Translations under genes and position numbers: made by a program | Part shown: positions 36,701-47,631 of the stretch, piece by piece | How positions within the stretch are numbered: the stretch's first letter is position 1 | Layout: each line of letters begins with the position of its first letter | The notes under the pieces: generated by a model | The model's input: the letters and a program-made list of their open reading frames with translations, nothing else | Told to the model about the DNA's origin: nothing | Databases searched by the model: none | Origin: Centroscyllium fabricii | Lineage: Eukaryota | DNA: 64,000 nt | NCBI GenBank assembly: GCA_051313645.2 | Contig: JBNRSN020000003.1 | Coordinates: forward strand, 484,530,001-484,594,000 | Direction of reading: 5' to 3'

Positions 36701-39589
36701 TCCTTGTACATGAATCACTGAAAGTTGACATGCAGGTACAGCAAACAATTAGGGAAGCAAATGGTATGTTGGCCTTTATTACAAGAGGATTTGAGTATAA
36801 GAGTAAATATGTTTTACTGCAATTATATAGGGCCCTGGTGAGACCACACCTGGAGTGTTATGTACAGTTTTGGTCTCCTTACCTAAGGAAGGATATACTT
36901 GCCATAGCGGGAGTGCAACGAAGGTTCCCCAGACTGGTCCTGGGATGGGGGGATTGCCATTGAGGAGTTGACTAGTCCTATATCCTCTAGAGTTTAGAAG
37001 AATGAGAGGTGATTGTGACCGAAATAACAACCTCGTGGACGAGTAGTTAGGAAGAGAAACAATGCGGCTTTTATTAACTAAATAGTGGGACACGCACCAG
37101 CTAGTCGACTGTCCCCAGGTATGGCCGGGGGATGGGAGACGGCCATTTATATACCCCCTCCTGGGAGGGAGGAGTCGCGGGCGGAGCCAGCCTGGGCATG
37201 TCCCGGTAATCGTATAACAGGTTATATACAACATGGCATTAGGTACGATTACATAGATACAACGGGGTGATTATATACAATAGGAAACAGTGGGAAACAG
37301 TGGTTTATCACATTCACCCCTTTTTTAAAACAAAAGTCCGGCGGGGTCAATGCAAAAGTTCTTTTATTTATTTATTTTAATCATAAATTAAGTCGCTCCG
37401 GCGGCCTGGTGATCCTTGCCGAGCGTCGCACCGCTGGTGGTGTCCGCGGTCGCGGAGTGACCGGCCGAGTCGGTTGTAGCGATGGTGCTGATGCAGGTTG
37501 GCGAGCGGTGATCGTCGGTTGGTTTCTGGGTGGTGGTGCCCTTATACCGACAGTAGGAGGCGTGCTCTCTCCCTCGTCGTCTGACTCTAGGGGGCGTGCA
37601 CTGTGGAGCCATGCTGGAGGCCATGCCGTGCTGATCGCAGGTGCCGGGTGGACGTACTGGGGTACAGGGTCCTCGTGCCGGGGAGCGTACCTTGGCGCCG
37701 GTGGCTGGGGTGGCGTGGCTGGCCGCGATGGCCCGGATGGGGTGGCAGGCCGTCTTGGGTGCGCGGGCTGCTGGGCGGGGCGTCTTGGGTGCGCGGTCTG
37801 CTGGGCGGGCCTGGGTTTGGGGATCCCTGCTGGCGCCAGGTCCTTGATGGACACTGAGTCCTCCCTCCCGTCGGGGAACGCCACGTAGGCGTACTGGGGA
37901 TTGGCGTGCAGGAGGTGGACCCGTTCGACCAGGGGATCTGCCTTGTAGCCCCTCACGTGCTTCCGTAGTAGGACCGGTCCCGGGGATAGCAGCCACGATG
38001 GTAGCGAGGTCCCGGAAGCCGACTTCCTGGGGAAGGCAAAAAGTCGTTCGTGAGGGGTGGCATTAGTGGCCGTACACAGGAGGGACCGGATAGAGTGGAG
38101 CGCTTCAGGGAGGACGTCCTGCCATCGGGAGACTGGGAGGCTTTTAGACCGTAGGGCTAACAGGATGGCCTTCCAGACAGTGGCGTTCTCCCTCTCTACC
38201 TGCCCGTTCCCCGGGGGTTGTAGCTGGTAGTTCTACTAGTCGCGATGCCTTTGGCTAGCAGAAACTGACGCAGCTCGTCACTCATAAAGGATGCTCCCCG
38301 GTCACTATGAATATAGTTGGGATAGCCGAACAGGGAGAAGATGCTGTGGAGTGCTTTGATAACGGTGGCTGAGGTCATGTCCGGGCAGGGGATGGCAAAG
38401 GGGAAGCGGGAGTACTCATCGATTACATTAAGGAAGTACACGTTCCTGTTGGAGGAGTGAAGGGGCCCTTTGAAATCGACGCTGAGTCGTTCAAAGGGGC
38501 GAGTGGCCTTAATCAAGTGCGCCCGGTTTGGCCGGTAGAAGTGCGGCTTGCACTCCGCGCAGTCCTGGCAGTTGCTGGTCAGCGTCTTGACCTCCTCGAT
38601 GGAGTAGGGGAGGTTGCGGGACTTCACGAAGTGAACCAACCTGGTGACCCCCGGGTGGCAGAGGTCATTGTGTAAGGTTTGGAGGCGGTCTGTCTGTGCG
38701 CTGGCACAGGTACCGCGGGATAGGGCTTCTGGGGGATCGTTAAATTTCCCGAGCCGGTACAAGATATCATAGTTGAATGCGGAGAGTTCAATTCTCCACC
38801 TTAATATCTTGTCGTTCTTTATTTTACCCCGCTCTTTGTTGTTGAACATAAAAGCGACTGATCGTTGGTCAGTCAGCAGGGTAAAACGCTTGCCGGCCAG
38901 GTAGTGCTTCCAGTGACGCACTGCTTCAACGATGGCTTGGGCCTCCTTCTCGACTGAGGAGTGGCGGGTCTCGGGGCCCTGGAGGGTACGTGAGAATAAG
39001 GCCACGGGTCTGCCCGCCTGGTTAAGGGTGGCGGCCAGGGCAAAGTCCGATGCATCGCTCTCTACTTGAAATGGGACAGACTCGTCCACAGCGTGCATCG
39101 TGGCTTTTGCGATGTCATTCTTAATGCCGCAGAACGCCGAGCTGGCTTCTGCGGACAGGGGAAAAGAGGTAGATTTAAGCAGTGGGCGAGCTTTGTCCGC
39201 GTAATTGGGGACCCACTGGGCGTAATACGCAAAGAAACCCAAGCACCGTTTAAGGGCCTTGGGGGAGTGGGGGAGGGGAAGCTCCATGAGGGGGCGCATG
39301 CGGTCCGGGTCGGGACCGATGACCCCATTCTCCACAACACTGCCGAGGATGGCTAGGCGGGTGGTACTGAACACGCACTTGTGGTGATATTGGCTATAAC
39401 ACCAACTATGTGTATGTACATGCCTTAGGGCGTGTCTACTCTTGCCCAGCCAGACTTGGGAGACCTGTACCTGGAGAACCTCGGGTAGGCCACGCCTCTG
39501 ACCCTGGGGGTATAAAGGTCAGCACTCGTGGGTTCTGACCTCCTCTCTACTGTACTGTACTAACGATACCTGTGATCCCTTACGCTTGT

Positions 39590-39664
39590 TCTAAGTTTAT
39601 TAAAGCCTATGTTAACTCGCTCTCAGACTCGAGTAATTGATGGTATCAATTTAATAAACTTAGA
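39590..39664 (+). promoter_or_regulatory. Self-complementary PBS pair of element D
   Basis: 39590-39604 TCTAAGTTTATTAAA is the exact complement of 39650-39664 TTTAATAAACTTAGA. Confidence 0.85.
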
Positions 39665-39683
39665 TCGTCGCTAAAATCCAAAA

Positions 39684-42600
39684 ATGGACCGAATTCTGGC
39701 TGTCCCGATCTTGGAAATTGATGCGACTGCTCCCGATGCCGAACGCCGGTATAAACACTGGGAACAGCAGCTGAGGAGCTATATCGACGAAGTGAAAGAG
39801 ACTGCTTCAACTGATCAGCAGAAGAGCCGAATTCTACACTGCAGAATCAGTGCTGACCATTACCACCTCATCGAAGGGGAGTCGGATTACGAACAGGCCA
39901 TGAAGAAACTGAAAGAACAATTTGTGCCAGCAGCCAACGCTGTTCACTCAAGGCATGTGTTGACTCAGAGAGCCCAGAGCGCCGAGGAACCGGGCGCCAA
40001 ATTCGTGAAAGAAATTTGTGCGCTGACCCGAGATTGCGCCCCTGGCCCCCTGACGGCGGACGAACACTACAACGAACTGGCACTGGACGCTCTGGTAAGA
40101 GGGGTATACTCCCCATATATCAGGGCCCGACTGCTAGAACGGGATGAGCTAACGTTAAAAGAAGCAGCCTCCCTGATTGTAAATCTGGACAATGCAGATC
40201 GGAGATCCACCACGTATGGCCAACCAAGCGCGCCTACGTGGGCATCCCCAGCCCCAACTCCTACCCCAGCGCTAACGGCAGCGGCAGGAAGAAGCAGGCC
40301 TGAAACCAACCAAAAGTGTTTCTTTTGCGGAAAAGCTAGGCACTCTAGACTGCGCTGCCCAGCCAAAGATGCTACGTGCTCGGGGTGTGGAAAGAAGGGG
40401 CACTATGCCGCGATGTGCCGCGCAACAGGGCAGAAAAAGAAGGCAGCCCCCATCTGCAGCGGAGCGAGAGCGGCACCACGTTCCTACTACACGGAGGTAG
40501 ATGACCGCGAGGGAGCACCACGAGGCGGCGGCCATCTCGAGGCCACAGCTAGGAGGAGCGGCCATCTTAGTTCATCACCACGAGGCAGCGGCCATTTTGA
40601 GAGTCTTCGAATTGACTCCGACCCAGAATATTCGGATGAAAACGACTCATCAACCATGCTGGCGTCCATCACTTTGGACCAATCAAAACCCCATGAACTG
40701 CAGAAATCAATGATGGACGTCCAGGTAAACGGACAAAACTGTAACTGTTTATTTGATACGGGTAGTACTGATAGTTTTATTTCCCCCGAGACTGCTGACC
40801 GTCTTCGCCTGTCGATTCGCCCCTGTTTAAAACGCATCGCCTTGGCGGCGGACTCAGAATCGGCGCAGGCCGTGGGGTGTTGCGAAGTATCACTTGTAGT
40901 TCGCGGGGTAAAATACTGTAATTTTAAACTGTTTGTGTTACCCCACTTGTGCGCCCCAGTGTTATTGGGGCTCGATTTCCAGAGCCACCTGCAGTGTGTC
41001 ACCCTGGTATACGGCGGCCCTCTCCCACCCCTGACGGTCGAGTCGAGTACCCCCCGTGAGCGCCCGCTTTGTGGGCTCACCACTTTACGGATCTCACCCC
41101 CGAAACTGTTCGCGAACCTCACGCCGGACTGCGCACCGATTGCCTCAAAGAGCAGGCGGTATAGTGCTGCAGACAGGGCGTTTATTGGCACCGAGGTGAA
41201 GCGACTGTTGGCAGAGGGGGTGATTGAAGCCAGCCGCAGCCCCTGGAGGGCCCAAGTAGTAGTGGTAAAGACGGGGGAGAAGAACAGGATGGTGGTCGAC
41301 TACAGTCAGACCATAAACAGGTTTACACTCCTCGATGCGTACCCCCTTCCCCGGATCTCGGACATGGTAAATGAAATTGCCCAATACAAAGTCTATTCGA
41401 CTATAGACCTTAAAGCGGCATATCACCAGGTCCCAATCCCCAGAGAGGAGCGCCCCTACACCGCTTTCGAAGCGGATGGTCGCCTCTACCAGTTCCTTCG
41501 GGTTCCCTTCGGAGTAACGAACGGAGTGTCCGTCTTCCAGAGGGAAATGGATAGAATGGTAGACGAACACGGGCTCAGGGCCACCTTTCCCTATCTAGAT
41601 AATGTCACTATCTGCGGCCACTCGGACGAGGACCACGACGAGAACCTCGCTAAATTTTTGAAAACAGCCAAATCCCTGAATTTGACCTACAACAAAGAAA
41701 AATGTGTTTTCCGCACCAGACGCCTAGCTATTTTGGGCTGTGTGGTGGAAAACGGGTTAATCGGCCCGGACCCTGACCGAATGCGCCCGCTGATTGAGTA
41801 TCCCCTTCCCAAGACACCCAAAGCTCTAAAGCGGTGCATGGGGCTGTTCGCGTATTACGCGCAGTGGGTCCCGAAATTTGCGGACAAAGCCCGGCCTCTG
41901 ATGCGGGCCACTGTTTTTCCCCTGTCGGCAGCGGCACTAACGGCTTTTAAGCAACTTAAAGCCGATATAGTAAAAGCGGCAATGTCCGCCATTGATGAGG
42001 ACGTGCCTTTCCAAGTGGAGAGCGACGCGTCCGACTTCGCCCTGGCGGCGACCCTGAACCAAGCAGGCAGACCCGTTGCCTTCTTTTCCCGTACCCTCTC
42101 GGGCTCGGAAGCACGGCATTCCTCCGTGGAAAAAGAGGCCCAAGCCATTATCGAAGCGGTGCGCCACTGGAGACACTACCTGGCCGGTAGAAAATTTACC
42201 CTGCTCACCGATCAGAGGTCGGTAGCATTTATGTTTAGTAACACACAGCGGGGAAAAATTAAGAACGATAAGATCTTGAGGTGGAGGATCGAATTGTCCA
42301 CCTTTAATTATGATATTTTGTACAGGCCAGGTAGACTCAACGAGCCGTCTGATGCACTGTCCCGCGGGACCTGCGCCAGCGTGCAGGCGGGCAGACTGCA
42401 GGCTCTGCACAATAACCTCTGCCACCCGGGGGTCACCCGCTTCTATCATTTTATCAAAGCCCGCAATCTACCGTATAGTATTGCGGAGGTTAGGGAGATA
42501 GTCAGGGATTGTCCGGTCTGTGCGGAATGCAAGCCGCAGTTTTTCCGACCGGACAAGGCACACCTGATTAAGTCCTCTCGGCCCTTCGAACGCCTTAGTA

Positions 42601-43499
42601 TTGATTTTAAGGGCCCACTCCCGTCCACCGACAGGAATGTCTACTTCCTCACAGTCGTGGACGAATACTCCCGTTTCCCATTTGCGATACCCTGCACTGA
42701 TATGACTGCTGCCACAGTCATCAACGCCCTCGCCCCGATATTCGCAATATTCGGCTTCCCCTCATTCATACACTCTGACCGGGGGTCTGCCTTTATGAGC
42801 GACGAACTGCGCCAGTTCCTACTCGCGAGAGGAATCTCGTCAAGCAGGACAACGAGCTACAACCCCCGGGGCAATGGCCAAGTAGAGCGCGAGAATGGCA
42901 CTGTCTGGAAGGCGGTCCGCCTGGCACTCAGGTCCAGGGGCCTTCCAGCCTCACGCTGGCAGGCGGTTCTCTCGGACGCTCTACACGCCGTACGGTCGCT
43001 TCTTTGTACAGCGACCAACGCAACGCCGCACGAACGGATGTTTTCCTTCCCCAGGAAGTCCGTCTCGGGGATGTCGCTGCCGTCGTGGCTAGCCTCCCCG
43101 GGCCCAGTACTGTTGCGGCGCCATGTACGGCACTATAAGACCGACCCACTGGTCGACAGGGTACTCCTCCTCCATGCTAACCCGCAGTACGCCTATGTGG
43201 AGTTCCCTGATGGCAGGAAGGACACAGTCTCTATTAAAGACCTGGCGCCCGCAGGCGCCCCTGCGACCACAACTCCGCCCCCACCCCCCTTCCTCTCGTC
43301 GTGGGCCCAGCCGGCACCTACCACATCGCAGCCCGTGCCCAGCCCCCCACCGACCCATACCGCCGTATTCCCTGGTGACGCACTGCTAACGTATATTCCT
43401 TCGGCTTCCCCAGGTACCGATACCGAACGGCAGGACCAGCAGCTCAGACGGTCGTCGAGGGTGCGACGCCAGCCAGACCGCCTGGTCTGCTCAATGTGA
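39684..43499 (+). CDS. Intact Gypsy Gag-Pol polyprotein (Gag-PR-RT-RH-IN), 1271 aa
   Basis: Two knuckles, LFDTGS, YLDN, ESDASD, H..H..CPVC, DDE integrase; no stops. Confidence 0.95.
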   Translation: MDRILAVPILEIDATAPDAERRYKHWEQQLRSYIDEVKETASTDQQKSRILHCRISADHYHLIEGESDYEQAMKKLKEQFVPAANAVHSRHVLTQRAQSAEEPGAKFVKEICALTRDCAPGPLTADEHYNELALDALVRGVYSPYIRARLLERDELTLKEAASLIVNLDNADRRSTTYGQPSAPTWASPAPTPTPALTAAAGRSRPETNQKCFFCGKARHSRLRCPAKDATCSGCGKKGHYAAMCRATGQKKKAAPICSGARAAPRSYYTEVDDREGAPRGGGHLEATARRSGHLSSSPRGSGHFESLRIDSDPEYSDENDSSTMLASITLDQSKPHELQKSMMDVQVNGQNCNCLFDTGSTDSFISPETADRLRLSIRPCLKRIALAADSESAQAVGCCEVSLVVRGVKYCNFKLFVLPHLCAPVLLGLDFQSHLQCVTLVYGGPLPPLTVESSTPRERPLCGLTTLRISPPKLFANLTPDCAPIASKSRRYSAADRAFIGTEVKRLLAEGVIEASRSPWRAQVVVVKTGEKNRMVVDYSQTINRFTLLDAYPLPRISDMVNEIAQYKVYSTIDLKAAYHQVPIPREERPYTAFEADGRLYQFLRVPFGVTNGVSVFQREMDRMVDEHGLRATFPYLDNVTICGHSDEDHDENLAKFLKTAKSLNLTYNKEKCVFRTRRLAILGCVVENGLIGPDPDRMRPLIEYPLPKTPKALKRCMGLFAYYAQWVPKFADKARPLMRATVFPLSAAALTAFKQLKADIVKAAMSAIDEDVPFQVESDASDFALAATLNQAGRPVAFFSRTLSGSEARHSSVEKEAQAIIEAVRHWRHYLAGRKFTLLTDQRSVAFMFSNTQRGKIKNDKILRWRIELSTFNYDILYRPGRLNEPSDALSRGTCASVQAGRLQALHNNLCHPGVTRFYHFIKARNLPYSIAEVREIVRDCPVCAECKPQFFRPDKAHLIKSSRPFERLSIDFKGPLPSTDRNVYFLTVVDEYSRFPFAIPCTDMTAATVINALAPIFAIFGFPSFIHSDRGSAFMSDELRQFLLARGISSSRTTSYNPRGNGQVERENGTVWKAVRLALRSRGLPASRWQAVLSDALHAVRSLLCTATNATPHERMFSFPRKSVSGMSLPSWLASPGPVLLRRHVRHYKTDPLVDRVLLLHANPQYAYVEFPDGRKDTVSIKDLAPAGAPATTTPPPPPFLSSWAQPAPTTSQPVPSPPPTHTAVFPGDALLTYIPSASPGTDTERQDQQLRRSSRVRRQPDRLVCSM

Positions 43500-45609
43500 C
43501 CTGGCATGAACAGGCGGCCACAATTTTTTGGAACACCTTTGTAAATACTGTCTGTACATATGTTAGGTATTGTTTGTGCCCCCTCAGCACTTTTCTGTGT
43601 TATAGGTCAAATTAAGTGTTTTGGCGGTGTGGAGAAATTTCTGGAGGTTGGCGTCATGGTCCTGCTGATCGTGGCCGCAGATGGTCACGTTATCGAGGTA
43701 CGGGAAAGTGGCTCGCAGCCCGTACTGATCGACCATTCGGTCCATCTCCCTTTAGAAGACCGAGACCCCATTCGTGACGCCAAACAGGACCCTAAGGAAG
43801 TGATAGTGGCGACCGTCAGCCTCGAGGGCAGTATAGAGACGGTCCTCTGGGCGAATGGGAAGCTGGTGATAAGCGGACTTCAGGTCTATGGTGGAAAACA
43901 CCCTGAACTGCGCGATCTGGTTCACCTGTTCGGCTATCCGGGGAAGGGGGTAAGAGTTTAACAGGGTGAACCGGTTTATGGTCTGGCTGTAGTCAACGAC
44001 CATCCGGTTCTTCGCTCCGGTTTTGACCACCACTACCTGCGCCCTCCAGGGGCTATTACTGGCCTCGATAACCCCCTCCTTCAGGAGGCGCTGCACCTCG
44101 GACTTAATAAAGTCCATGTCCCCAGCACTGTAGCGCCTACTCTTGGTGGTGACTGGCTTGCAGTCTGGGGTGAGGTTGGCAAAGAGCGAGGGAGGGGCGA
44201 CCTTAAGGGTGGAGAGGCCACAGGTAGCGCGCCGGGGGTGCTGTGCTGAGCGCCGGTTGCTGACCGTGAGCGAGGGAAGGGGCCCACCGTACGCCATGGT
44301 AACACTCTGGAGGTGGCACTGAAAGTCTAGACCCAATAGTAATGGGGCGCAGAGCTGCGGCAGCACGAAAAAGCTAAAATTATCAAAGTGCACGCCCTGT
44401 ACAGTTAGGGCCACTGCGCAACGCCCGGAGACGTCCGCAGATTCTGATTTAGAAGCCATCGAAATTCTTTGGCTCGCAGGCATAACCTTAAGGGAGAGGC
44501 GCTCTACTGTCTCAGGATGAATAAAACTCACCGTGCTCCCACTGTCGAAAAGGCACTCCACGTCTTGTCCGTTCACTTGCACCGGCATCATTGATTTCCC
44601 AAGCGATTGGGTCTTGTTCTGGTCAAGAGTTACTGATGCTAAAATTGGATCCGCCGGTTCCTCTTGATCCGCAGAGTAGTCCTCCGGGGCCGGTCCCCAT
44701 GATGGCTGCCGCCATGTGGTGTACTGCGGAGGGGGTGGCTGGGTCCAATATGGCGACTGCTGCCACGCGGGGTGCTGAGTGGGGGATGGTTGAGTCCAAT
44801 ATGGCTGCTCCCATGTTCCACACGCGGCGCTGTCCGGTTTCGGTTTAGGGGCTGATGTGGTCGCCTTACAGACTTTCGCGTAATGTCCTTTTTTTCCACA
44901 TTTAGAACAGGCCGCTTCTCTTGCCGGGCAGCTACGTCTCGGATGCTGAGACTGCCTGCAGAAGTAACATTTAGCCGTCTTTGCGTGAGCGGCTGCGATC
45001 ATTTCTTCCGCCGGCCGTTGCACCGGCGTTGTCCAAGATGGTGGGGCTGGGCCCGCATAGTTGCCGGAATAAGATGAGAGGTTTAACGAGGCCACGTCCA
45101 GCACGTGTCCCAGATCCGTAGTTGCCTGCAGGTCAAGGCCGTTCTGCTCTAACAGCCTCTGTCTTATATAGTCCGACCTGAGGCCTGTCACATATGCGTC
45201 TCTAATGAGACTGTCCGCATGGATCGGGGCCGTTAGCGCTCTGCAGTCACAGGCCCGTGAAAGCACCCTCAGCGCTCTTAAAAATTCCACGCTGGACTCA
45301 CCGGGTTGCTGCTTCCTGGTGGCTAGGAGATGTCTGGCGTGGACGATATTGGGTGCCCGGTTGTACTCCGCCTTGAGGATCCTGATAGCATCCAAGTACG
45401 ATGATGCGTCCACGATCATGGAGTACACCTGAGGGCCCACCCGGGCGTTGAGGAGCCGTCGTTTGTCCTCTTCGGTCACGACGACCGCAGCGTTCGCTCT
45501 CAGGTATGCATCGAAAACACTGTACCAGTGTGTAAAAGTGTTTGATGCACCTGGTGTTCGGGGGTCCAGTTCAAACGTCGCTGGCTTGAGCATGGCTTCC
45601 ATCTTCAAA

Positions 45610-45695
45610 ATTTAGTTAATAAAATTGTGACCGAAATAACGACCTCGTGGACGAGTAGTTAGGAAGAGAAACAATGCGGCTTTTATTAACTAAAT
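45610..45695 (-). promoter_or_regulatory. Self-complementary PBS pair of element C
   Basis: Plus-strand 45610-45624 ATTTAGTTAATAAAA and 45681-45695 TTTTATTAACTAAAT form a perfect 15-bp inverted repeat. Confidence 0.85.
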
Positions 45696-47388
45696 AGTGG
45701 GACACGCACCAGCTAGTCGACTGTCCCCAGGTATGGCCGGGGGATGGGAGATGGCCATTTATATACCCCCTCCTGGGAGGGAGGAGTCGCGGGTGGAGCC
45801 AGCCTGGGCATGTCCCGGTAATCGTATAACAGGTTATATACAACATGGCATTAGGTACGATTACATAGATACAACGGGGTGATTATATACAATAGGAAAC
45901 AGTGGGAAACAGTGGTTTATCACAGTGATCTCATTGAAACATACAAAATTCTTACAGGACTTAACAGGGTAGATGCAGGGAGGATGTTTCCCCTGGTTGG
46001 GGAGTATAGAACCAGGGGTCACAGTCTCAGAATAAGGGGTCGGCCATTTAGGACTGAGATGAGGAGAAATTTCTTCACTCAGGCTGTGGCGGCTGAGTTG
46101 TTGATTATATTCAAGACAGAGATTGTTAGATTTTTGAATATTAAAGGATTCAATGGATATAGGGGATAGCGCAGGAAAGTGGAGATGAGGTAGAAGATCA
46201 GCCATAATCTTATTGAATGGCGGAGCAGGCTTGAAGGGCCAAATGGCCTATTCCTGCTCCTAATTCTTAAATTCTTATGTTCTTATGCAGCAGGCCACAG
46301 GCAAGGATGAGAACCCCTGCTCCTCTTGGCCCCATGAAAATAAATATAAAACATTTCCTTTAGAGATCTTTTTGGAGCGACCTCCATCGGTTCCTTTAAA
46401 GACCCGTTGGTAACGCCACTCAATGCCTGGTACTCATCGTCAGAAAGAATGCCACACCACGCTCCACCCATTTGTACCTGAAAATGACAGTGTGAATTTT
46501 TATATTTCAGCAGTCATGGAGGGATTTGAAAACAAGGTTGAGAATTTTAAAATCGAGTCTTTTTATCTGGTTTCATGTTGCGTTATATGACAAAGGTCAT
46601 TTTCTGAGGTCAAGCGCCCAGGGCAGAGCCTTGCCCACTGGGATTGCCCATTGGAAATTCAGGCACAGGCCGTGAATGATTTTCCAATAAGGCCTCCCAG
46701 CTGTGAAGCGCCCTGCCAGAAGCAAGAAGTCGGCAAAGTACCCCTTATACCAGCAGCGTTGGTGCAAGGAAAAAACACTTTACAATGATGCTACAGTGCT
46801 TGTGTAAAGGCACTCCTAGCAACACTACAGAAAATGACAGTCAAAAATGTATTTTTTGTTTTAAATGAACCGATGTCAAACACTCATTGCGCACTTATTT
46901 TCAGTGGCCAAAGACAAAGTTTCATTAAACTGTATCCAGTGAAGGTATTTCAGCTTGATACTCTGGGTTAAATCATTGTCATTTACTTCTGGCAATGTCC
47001 AAATTATCTTCATAGAATCATAGGGGGCAAATTTTGCTATCAACCATTTGGGGGTGCTAATATCGGCTGGGCGCAAGATTTAGCCCGGCGCAAATTATCG
47101 CCAGCGACCGGAAAATTCGTCTCCAGTGTTCCTGGAGGTGATTGGAGTGCTAAATCAGGCACTACACACTTCTCTTAGCGCGCTAACGTCATGGAACGAT
47201 GCGCGATATCAGAACACTACTCAAGCTCAGGCGCTGTCAATTACAAGTACTACCTCAGAGCGCTACTCAAGACTGGCGCCATCCAGTTCTCAAAGGGGAG
47301 GTTCAATCATGCTGCGCAGTCGCACCCTGATCATTGCAGCATTTGACCTGGGCCTGCAAGGAGGTATAAATCTTCGACAACGATTATC

Positions 47389-47631
47389 ATGGCTGCTCAG
47401 AGGCCCAAGGAGAGAGCTCACTGGTTTAGCGACCAGGCACTGGTGGCTCTGGTTGTGGCTGTGGAATGCTGATGGGCTGTGCTATTCCCAGACATTGGCA
47501 GGAGGCCATTGCCCCGGGAGTTCACAAAGGTGTGGAGGAAGGTGGTCCATTACGTCTCGCCCAGAAGCGTGGTCCAAAGGACCCACACGCAGTGTTGCAC
47601 AAAGTTCAATGACCTCGCTCTGGTGGTCAGG
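47389..47631 (+). pseudogene. Harbinger Myb/SANT-like DNA-binding protein, exon 1
   Basis: MAAQRPKERAHWFSDQALVALV..VLFP..KVWRKV..RTHTQCCTKFNDL then a GTGAG donor; next exon near 47858 reads AKLSHNRRE. Confidence 0.75.

Larger units (their letters stand above)
39380..43586 (+). mobile_element. Gypsy element D nested in C; 5' LTR only (about 39380-39648)
   Basis: Perfect TSD GCACT (39375-39379, 43587-43591); C's RT resumes exactly; LTR has TATAAA and ATTAAAGCC; no 3' LTR or PPT. LTR end inferred by analogy to A-C. Confidence 0.92.
37381..45608 (-). pseudogene. Element C gag-pol (split by D; stop near 43752, frameshift near 38200)
   Basis: ORFs 43752-45608, 38196-39374 and 37381-37956 are collinear with element A gag-pol; YLDN at 43689-43700. 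Confidence 0.92.
37014..45924 (-). mobile_element. Gypsy LTR retrotransposon C (close relative of A), interrupted by D
   Basis: 299-bp LTRs 45626-45924 (5') and 37014-37312 (3'), 3 differences seen; TSD GTGAT; PPT AAAAAAGGGGTGAA. Confidence 0.97.
26873..46285 (+). mobile_element. Old degraded CR1 LINE hosting nested insertions (pieces 26873-28832, 35429-37013, 45925-46285)
   Basis: Collinear ORF1 esterase (VHVGTNN), APE (MTETWL, GDFN, SDHN), RT (FQKAF, KFADD) and 3' tail continue across each insertion. Confidence 0.88.

Noticed and set aside
39641-39648. TGGTATCA resembling a tRNA-iMet PBS in element D
   Set aside because: The match stops at 8 nt (no GAGC), and the position corresponds to the LTR-terminal ATTG..TCA motif of B and the solo LTRs.
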